From contig CAXXLZ010000002.1 in assembly GCA_963675595.2 (NCBI GenBank), forward strand, positions 3,552,001 through 3,616,000: DNA of 64,000 nucleotides. Direction: 5' to 3'. The notes under the pieces were generated by a model. The model searched no databases. It saw only the letters and a list, made by a program, of their open reading frames with translations, and was not told the DNA's origin. The DNA comes from Thermodesulfobacteriota bacterium. GTDB lineage: Bacteria > Desulfobacterota > Desulfarculia > JACQYL01. This document shows, one piece after another, positions 57,637 to 64,000 of this stretch. Numbering within the stretch: position 1 is the stretch's first letter; each line of letters starts with the position of its first letter. The position numbers and the translations under genes were made by a program.

Positions 57637-60072
57637 ATGAGCACCGGACATTGGATCATGCAGGCCCACGTAGCGCTGCCGACGGCCGTGGATGAAGCCT
57701 ACACGTACGAGATTCCTTCTGAATGGGGGAATATTCCGGAACCCGGTCGCAGGGTGTTGGTTCCGTTCGGGTCCAGAACCATGGCCGGATATGTCCTGGA
57801 AGTGGAGCATGCCGCGCCTGAGAGACGTCTTAAGCCGATATTGGAGGTGCTAGACGAGACTCCGCTCTTTCCGGAGGAGATGATTCCCTTCTTTCGTTGG
57901 ATCGCCGCGTACTATCTGCATCCCATTGGTTTGGTGATTCAGACGGCGCTGCCCGCCGGCCTGTCGGTGGAGAGTCACAGGGTGGTCGTCATCACGGACT
58001 TGGGCACGACCGCTCTTCGAGAAGGAAGCGCGAGCCGTGAGGAATCCGAAATCTTGGCCGCCCTGGCGCATGGCCGACCCACGAGGCTTTCTCTGTTGAA
58101 AAACAAGCTTCCCGGGGCTTCGACGGAAGCCGTTCTTCGACGGATGGCCGGAATGGAATGGGTTCGGCTCGAAAACCATTTGAAGACCGACACGGTTCGG
58201 CCTCTGAAGGTGAAGACCTACAAGGCGATGTGTCTTAGTGCCCGGGCCACGCCCAAACAGAAGGCGGTCCTGGAATATCTGTGGGAGCGAGGAGAGACTT
58301 CCAGGCCGCGGATTCTTGAGAGCCTGCCCGGGTGCGATTCCACTCTTCGCAGTCTGGAGAAGCGAGGATGGGTGCGTGCGGGAGCTCGGAAGGTCTACCG
58401 GAATCCTTTTGGTGAGGAGTACTCGATTTCCGGTTCCCCCCCGCTTCTCACCCCCGAACAGGCGCAAGCGGCCCGTGTGCTGGCGGGTGCGATCCAACGG
58501 AAGAAGTACGAAGCATTCATGCTGTTCGGCATCACCGGTAGCGGAAAGACGGAGGTCTATCTTGAAGCCGTGAAAAGCGTCCTCGGTGAAGGCCGTTCGG
58601 CGCTGATCCTTTGTCCGGAAATCAGCTTGGCGGCCCAAATGGAGGGAGCCTTCCGTTCCCGGTTCGGAGATTCGTTGGCCGTGCTCCATAGCGGTCTGAA
58701 CCCGGGACAACGCTACGATCAATGGATGAGGGTGATACACGGCAAAGCGAAAGTGGTTCTGGGGGCTCGTTCCGCGATCTTCGCCCCGTTGGAGGATCCG
58801 GGCCTGGTGATCGTGGACGAGGAACATGAACAGGCCTACAAGCAGGAAGACGGGCTGCATTACAACGCCAGAGATCTTGCGGTGGTTCGGGCTCGCATGT
58901 CGAACGCCGTGGTGGTGTTGGGCAGTGCCACACCGTCGTTCCAGACATACCACAACTCCGTTCGGGGAAAGCATTCGGCTATTTTCCTGACCGAGCGGGT
59001 GGGCGGCGGAGTTCTGCCTGAGATTCAAGTGGTGGACATGGCCCGGGAGAAACCGGGAACGCGATTCTCGAGCGTGCTGTTGAAACAGCTTGCCGAAAAC
59101 CTGGATAAGGGAGAACAGGCCATCCTGTTCGTCAATCGAAGGGGATACGCATCGCTCCTTTTTTGCATCAAATGCAGGACCACGGTGGAGTGTCCGCATT
59201 GTCACGTCTCCTTGACGCTCCATGCTCCCCGATCGGGACACGGGGAATTCCTTCTTTGCCACTATTGCGGCTTCAAGTCATCCGTTCCCAAAACATGCTC
59301 GGTTTGCGGGTCCAAGCATTTGGTGACCATGGGTGCGGGCACCGAACGTATGGAGGAAGCGTTGTCGGAGCTGTTCCCTTCCGCCAGGATCGGTCGAGTG
59401 GACAGGGATTCCGTGCCCACAAGGTCGAAATTATTTCGTGCGCTGCGGGACTTCCATGACGGCGAGTTGGACATTCTCATCGGGACCCAGATGATCGCCA
59501 AAGGTCTTGATTTCCCCGGCGTGACCTTGGTGGGTGTGCCGGGAGCCGACCAGTCCCTCCATTTCCCGGATTATGCGGCCACGGAAAGGACGTTCCAGAT
59601 TCTCAGCCAAGTGGCCGGTCGCTCCGGCAGGCGGAACAAGCCGGGCAAAGTGATCATCCAATCCTATCTGCCCGACCATTACTGCATTCGTCACGCCAAG
59701 GAGCACCGATTTCACGGCTTCTATCTGGAAGAGATCACTCAGCGGGCCGAACTCGACTATCCTCCGTTTTGCAGGTTGGCTCTGGTGCGTGTATCTTCAA
59801 CGGATCCGATCGTGGTACGAGAGGCCGCCGGCGCGGTGGGGGATATCTTGAAGCATGCCTCACGCGGGTCCCGAGGCGTGAAGGTACTGGGGCCGGCTCC
59901 GGCCCCCATCGGCAAGATCCGGAATCGATACCGTTGGCATCTCCTTATCAAGGCGGCCGACGCGGGTATGCTGCATGCATGCCTCGATGAGTGCATGGTC
60001 CGATGCAGGCAAGCCGTGCGAAAAATCAAAGCCGACCTTGTTCTTGATGTGGACCCGTCTTCGATGCTTTGA
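57637..60072 (+). CDS. priA: Primosomal protein N'
   Basis: GITGSGKTEVY, CPEI, DEEH, GSATPS, NRRGY, four CxxC, GTQMIAKG.DFP, QVAGRSGR, DVDP. Confidence 0.97.
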   Translation: MSTGHWIMQAHVALPTAVDEAYTYEIPSEWGNIPEPGRRVLVPFGSRTMAGYVLEVEHAAPERRLKPILEVLDETPLFPEEMIPFFRWIAAYYLHPIGLVIQTALPAGLSVESHRVVVITDLGTTALREGSASREESEILAALAHGRPTRLSLLKNKLPGASTEAVLRRMAGMEWVRLENHLKTDTVRPLKVKTYKAMCLSARATPKQKAVLEYLWERGETSRPRILESLPGCDSTLRSLEKRGWVRAGARKVYRNPFGEEYSISGSPPLLTPEQAQAARVLAGAIQRKKYEAFMLFGITGSGKTEVYLEAVKSVLGEGRSALILCPEISLAAQMEGAFRSRFGDSLAVLHSGLNPGQRYDQWMRVIHGKAKVVLGARSAIFAPLEDPGLVIVDEEHEQAYKQEDGLHYNARDLAVVRARMSNAVVVLGSATPSFQTYHNSVRGKHSAIFLTERVGGGVLPEIQVVDMAREKPGTRFSSVLLKQLAENLDKGEQAILFVNRRGYASLLFCIKCRTTVECPHCHVSLTLHAPRSGHGEFLLCHYCGFKSSVPKTCSVCGSKHLVTMGAGTERMEEALSELFPSARIGRVDRDSVPTRSKLFRALRDFHDGELDILIGTQMIAKGLDFPGVTLVGVPGADQSLHFPDYAATERTFQILSQVAGRSGRRNKPGKVIIQSYLPDHYCIRHAKEHRFHGFYLEEITQRAELDYPPFCRLALVRVSSTDPIVVREAAGAVGDILKHASRGSRGVKVLGPAPAPIGKIRNRYRWHLLIKAADAGMLHACLDECMVRCRQAVRKIKADLVLDVDPSSML

Positions 60073-60352
60073 TCCGGCCGGATGGTCCGGCGGGCGCGGC
60101 CCGGCATGTGAACGGCCGTTGAATCCTCCGAACCTTTCGGCTGGTCATTTTTCAAACATGTTTTTCGGTTCGGACGGCGCATTTCGCCGGATGTGTCTTG
60201 TAGTCGGGCTTGCCCTGCACTAACTTAAAAGGTGGAAGTCCGACGTCTCTCCGGAAACGGGCGAGGACCGGGCGAATTACGACACGAAGAAGGTCGGAAT
60301 CTCAAGATGATTACTGAAATGGAACCGAGCAGGTTGCGATAGGTGGTATATC

Positions 60353-60865
60353 ATGGCGATCAGGGAAATTGTCAAATACCCCGATGAACGTCTGGCGACG
60401 GAATGTAGTCCGGTGCAAAAGCTGGACGAGCGGATCCAGACGCTCATCGACGACATGGCGGATACCATGTACGATGCTCCGGGGATCGGCTTGGCCGCTC
60501 CCCAGGTGGGTGAGGACTGCAGGGTTATCGTGGTTGACACCAGCCGACGGAGCGAGCCGGACGCGTTCATGGCGTTGATTAATCCGGAAATTGTCGAGCA
60601 TGAAGGGGAACTGGTGTCCGAGGAAGGCTGTCTGAGCGTGAGGGAGTATAACGCGGACGTTAAACGAAGCTCAAAAGTCCGGGTTCGGGCTCTGGATCGG
60701 GAAGGGCGCGAAGTGGACATCGTGGCGGAAGACCTTCAGGCCATCGTTCTTCAACACGAGATCGACCATCTCGACGGCATACTCTTTATCGATCGAATCA
60801 GCAGGCTTAAGAGAGCCTTATACGACAAGCGGCTGAAAAAGAACCTCGAAAAAGATGAAGACTAA
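60353..60865 (+). CDS. def: Peptide deformylase
   Basis: GIGLAAPQVG, EGCLS, QHEIDHLDG. Confidence 0.97.
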   Translation: MAIREIVKYPDERLATECSPVQKLDERIQTLIDDMADTMYDAPGIGLAAPQVGEDCRVIVVDTSRRSEPDAFMALINPEIVEHEGELVSEEGCLSVREYNADVKRSSKVRVRALDREGREVDIVAEDLQAIVLQHEIDHLDGILFIDRISRLKRALYDKRLKKNLEKDED

Positions 60866-60877
60866 GGGGGACAAGGT

Positions 60878-61813
60878 TTGCGCATAGGGTTCATGGGGAC
60901 TCCCGAGTTCGCGGCGGTTCACCTGGAGGCCCTGATACGGGCCGGACGGGAGGTGATTTTCGCCGTCACGCAGCCCGATCGTCCCAAGGGTCGAGGAAAG
61001 AAAGAACAGCCCTCCCCGGTCAAGGTACTGGCGGAAAGTCGAGGGATCGAGGTGCTTCAGCCGGAAGGCATCTGCCAAGGGGAGACGGAAGGAGTGTTCC
61101 GGTCAAAGGCACCGGACGTGATCGTCGTCGTAGCTTACGGACTGTTGCTCCCTCGATGGCTGCTTCATTTGCCTCCCTTGGGGTGCGTCAATGTGCATGC
61201 TTCCCTGTTGCCCCGCTACCGAGGGGCCGCACCCATCAACCGGGCTCTGATCAACGGCGAATCGGAAACGGGCGTAACCACCATGCTCATGGATGCGGGA
61301 CTCGACTCGGGGGATATTCTGTTGCAGTCCGTGATCCCCATCGGGGCCGATGACACCGCGGGAACACTGCACGACAAGTTGGCGTCCGAGGGTGCCTCTT
61401 TGTTGCTGGAAACCTTGTCCGGGATGGATAGAAGGGAGCTTCGTCCCGAACCTCAGAACCACGCGGAAGCTTCCTACGCTCCCAAGCTGGCCAAAAGCGA
61501 AGGCCTGATTTCCTGGAACCAAAAGGCGAATCGCATCTCGTTTCGGATCCGGGGATTGGATCCTCGGCCGGCGGCGTACACTTTTGTTCAGGGGAAGAGG
61601 CTCGGGCTATTCGGGGCTTCCTACCGCACCGCTCCAATGGACCGCCCCGCCGGCTCCGTGCTGGGAGTTACGGAGCATGGACTCGAAGTGGCCGCTTCGG
61701 ACGGCGTCGTTGCCGTGCTTGAGCTTCAGCTTGAAGGAAAGAAGCGCCTTAGGGCCGCCGATTTCATCAGAGGGTTCCCTTTGGATTCCTCCATTATCCT
61801 CGGTGAATCGTGA
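60878..61813 (+). CDS. fmt: Methionyl-tRNA formyltransferase
   Basis: FMGTPEFA, TQPDRP.GRG, NVHASLLPRYRGAAP, GLDSGD. Confidence 0.97.
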   Translation: MRIGFMGTPEFAAVHLEALIRAGREVIFAVTQPDRPKGRGKKEQPSPVKVLAESRGIEVLQPEGICQGETEGVFRSKAPDVIVVVAYGLLLPRWLLHLPPLGCVNVHASLLPRYRGAAPINRALINGESETGVTTMLMDAGLDSGDILLQSVIPIGADDTAGTLHDKLASEGASLLLETLSGMDRRELRPEPQNHAEASYAPKLAKSEGLISWNQKANRISFRIRGLDPRPAAYTFVQGKRLGLFGASYRTAPMDRPAGSVLGVTEHGLEVAASDGVVAVLELQLEGKKRLRAADFIRGFPLDSSIILGES

Positions 61814-63168
61814 GCTGGGCGCGGGGAGTCGCTTGGCGCATTCTCATGGAGGTGGAGAAGACCGGGCAAAATCCCCGCACGCTTCTCGATGCGCGTATTT
61901 CAGGAGCAAAGGACAGGCCCGTTAGGGAGCACGCCCTGGCGGCCCATCTGGTGTTTTCCGTTCTTCGATGGCGGCTTAAACTCGATTGGATGTTGAATCG
62001 GTTGAGCCGAACTCCCTTGAAACGATGTTCTCTCCCGGTGCGCACCGCCCTGCGATTGGGCGCCGCTCAGCTTGTTCTTCTGGATCGCATTCCCGATTAC
62101 GCCGCGGTGAACGATACGGTGGGGCTGCTGAAACACTCCCAACCCCCCTGGGTTACCGGATTCGTGAACGGCGTGCTGCGGAACTTGGCCGCGCAGGGAG
62201 CATCGGTGTTGAATGCCCTGGATGAGGAGCCAACCGAGGTTCGGCTCTCGGTGACTTTTTCTCACCCGAGATGGCTGGTGCGTCGTTGGGTGTCTCGCCT
62301 GGGGGAGCAAACCGCAATTGAACTCATGAAGGCGAACAACGAGGAGGCTCCCCGGACGATTCGGGTAAACCGTCTTCGAGGATCCAAGGGGCAAGTGCGT
62401 GACGCTCTGGAAGCTTTAGGAGCCCGGGTCGTTGACACGCCTTTTTCTCCGGATGGGTTGTTCGTCCGGGATTTGACCGGTCCGTTGGAGAGGACCGCCT
62501 TATGGAAAGAGGGATGCTTCGAGATTCAGGATGAGGGAGCCCAATTGGCGACTCATCTCGCGTCTCCCGGGGGAAGGAGACGCGTGTTGGACCTATGCGC
62601 GGGAAGAGGAGGGAAGACCGGCTACCTGGCGCAGCTTTCGTCGGGACTTGGAGAAATCCTGGCGGTGGATCAAAGCCTGGAACGTCTGCGGCTTCTCATG
62701 GACAACATGAACCGGCAGAGAGTCGGAAATGTGACCGTCGTTCGGGCGGATGCCCTGTCCCTCGCCCCGGAGGAACTGGGAGGGACATTCGATGTGGTTT
62801 TCCTGGATGCTCCCTGCTCCGGATTGGGTGCTCTCAGACGTCAACCCGACTTGCGCTGGAACAAGTCCGAAAGCTCCGTAGCACGATCCGCCGAACGGCA
62901 GAGGAACCTGCTTCGAGCCGCCTCGAACATGGTGAGCCCGGGTGGAGTGCTGGTTTATTGCACGTGCAGTACCGAACCGGAGGAGAACGAAGACAACGTC
63001 TCCTGGTTTCTAAAAACCAGGGCCGGTTTCCGTCTCGATCCAGTTGCCGCATTCCTACCTTCAGAAAATCCCTCTATGGCTGACAAAGACGGCTTTTTCC
63101 GGGCGTTTCCTCACCTCCACAACACGGACGGATTTTTCGGCGCCCGTTTTGTCAGGGCCGATGCCTGA
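61810..63168 (+). CDS. rsmB: 16S rRNA (C967-C5)-methyltransferase RsmB
   Basis: NusB-like N-domain (FVNGVLR), SHP.W, IQD, DLCA..GGKT, DAPCSG.G, YCTCS..EEN, DGFF. Confidence 0.95.
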   Translation: MSWARGVAWRILMEVEKTGQNPRTLLDARISGAKDRPVREHALAAHLVFSVLRWRLKLDWMLNRLSRTPLKRCSLPVRTALRLGAAQLVLLDRIPDYAAVNDTVGLLKHSQPPWVTGFVNGVLRNLAAQGASVLNALDEEPTEVRLSVTFSHPRWLVRRWVSRLGEQTAIELMKANNEEAPRTIRVNRLRGSKGQVRDALEALGARVVDTPFSPDGLFVRDLTGPLERTALWKEGCFEIQDEGAQLATHLASPGGRRRVLDLCAGRGGKTGYLAQLSSGLGEILAVDQSLERLRLLMDNMNRQRVGNVTVVRADALSLAPEELGGTFDVVFLDAPCSGLGALRRQPDLRWNKSESSVARSAERQRNLLRAASNMVSPGGVLVYCTCSTEPEENEDNVSWFLKTRAGFRLDPVAAFLPSENPSMADKDGFFRAFPHLHNTDGFFGARFVRADA

Positions 63169-63198
63169 GCATCAAGGACTCCGCCCAAGCGATTCCCG

Positions 63199-64000
63199 CT
63201 ATTCCCTCCCGATGAGTCTCAGTTCTTGGTTTTCACCGAATTCGTAGACTTCTCCACATGCGGAGCACTTCAAGTCGTCCCCGAGACGCACTCCGCATGT
63301 ACACATGTAACCAATCCTGCGCCCCGGGTTGCCCACGATCAGCGCGTGGGCGGGCACGTCGCGGGTCACCACCGCTCCCGCTCCGACAAAAGCATACGAG
63401 CCTATGGTGACACCGCAAACGATGGTGCAATTGGCTCCAAGGGTGGCTCCCTTGCGCACCAGCGTGGGTCTGATTTCGTCCATGCGCCGCAAGTGGGCTC
63501 TGGGATTGTACACGTTCGTGAAGACCATGGATGGCCCGCAGAATACCTCGTCCTCCAGGGTAACTCCTTTGTAGACCGAAACATTGTTCTGGATTTTGCA
63601 GGCATTTCCTATGGAGACGTCCGGCCCAACGACCACGTTCTGTCCGATATTGCATCTTTCACCAATGCGGGACCCTTCAATCACATGGCAGAAATGCCAT
63701 ATTTTGGTGCCGCTTCCCACGGTGACTCCTTCGTCCACGATGGAGGAAGGATGAACGAAAAACGAAGCCTCGGAGCCAGTGTGGGTGGTGTGCGTGGTCG
63801 GAGGCGCTTTGGGTTCAATGGGGAGTGAGATGCGGCCGGTATGGTCGTCCAATGATCTTTGACTGGCATTCAGGACGCGGAGAACGGCGAGACCTTCGTG
63901 GCCGTCCGTGCGCGGTCGTCGTCCCGTGCTGATGGCGTTGAGGAAGTGCTCACATTCCATCTTCAACGGCTCGGCTTCGGCGACTTCCACGAGCTCCGGC
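63199..64000 (-). CDS. Gfo/Idh/MocA oxidoreductase fused to a WbpD-like hexapeptide N-acetyltransferase (5'-truncated by the window)
   Basis: EPL..EC.HFL.AI...P.TDG.EG..VL (oxidoreductase C-terminus), then HPSSIVD...TKIWHF, KIQNNVS, FTNV.NPR, GANCTI and a terminal CxCG..CxxC. Confidence 0.85.
   Translation of the reverse strand, partial: PELVEVAEAEPLKMECEHFLNAISTGRRPRTDGHEGLAVLRVLNASQRSLDDHTGRISLPIEPKAPPTTHTTHTGSEASFFVHPSSIVDEGVTVGSGTKIWHFCHVIEGSRIGERCNIGQNVVVGPDVSIGNACKIQNNVSVYKGVTLEDEVFCGPSMVFTNVYNPRAHLRRMDEIRPTLVRKGATLGANCTIVCGVTIGSYAFVGAGAVVTRDVPAHALIVGNPGRRIGYMCTCGVRLGDDLKCSACGEVYEFGENQELRLIGRE

Overview
64-kb, GC-rich chromosomal segment of an anaerobic Gram-negative bacterium. Gene content and order point to Desulfobacterota (former Deltaproteobacteria); this is an inference. 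It is mostly housekeeping genes: ffh-rpsP-khpA-rimM-trmD-rplS-rnhB-yraN-rsmI-PTS IID-ptsH; corC-lnt-prfB (+1 frameshift); yceD-rpmF-plsX...fabG-acpP-fabF-glyA-nrdR-rib-nusB-leuS-lptE; priA-def-fmt-rsmB. I saw no rRNA, tRNA, CRISPR array, transposase, integrase or reverse transcriptase. The most striking feature is a rearranged fatty-acid synthesis locus. The canonical fabH-fabD slot between plsX and fabG holds an acyl-CoA dehydrogenase plus an ETF with bifurcating-type motifs, whose alpha subunit carries a fused 2x[4Fe-4S] ferredoxin. fabD instead heads a 2-oxoisovalerate-type ferredoxin oxidoreductase cluster. Other notable items: a tandem Hfq/Sm-like protein, a Cys-cluster/methyltransferase fusion, two paralogous repeat-rich secreted proteins, a RibBA with a degenerate-looking DHBP synthase half, a KptA/Tpt1 homologue lacking its catalytic residues, a ~120-bp hairpin element in the rib operon, and a small zinc-ribbon ORF missed by the ORF track. 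All calls come from reading motifs by eye; no database search was run.
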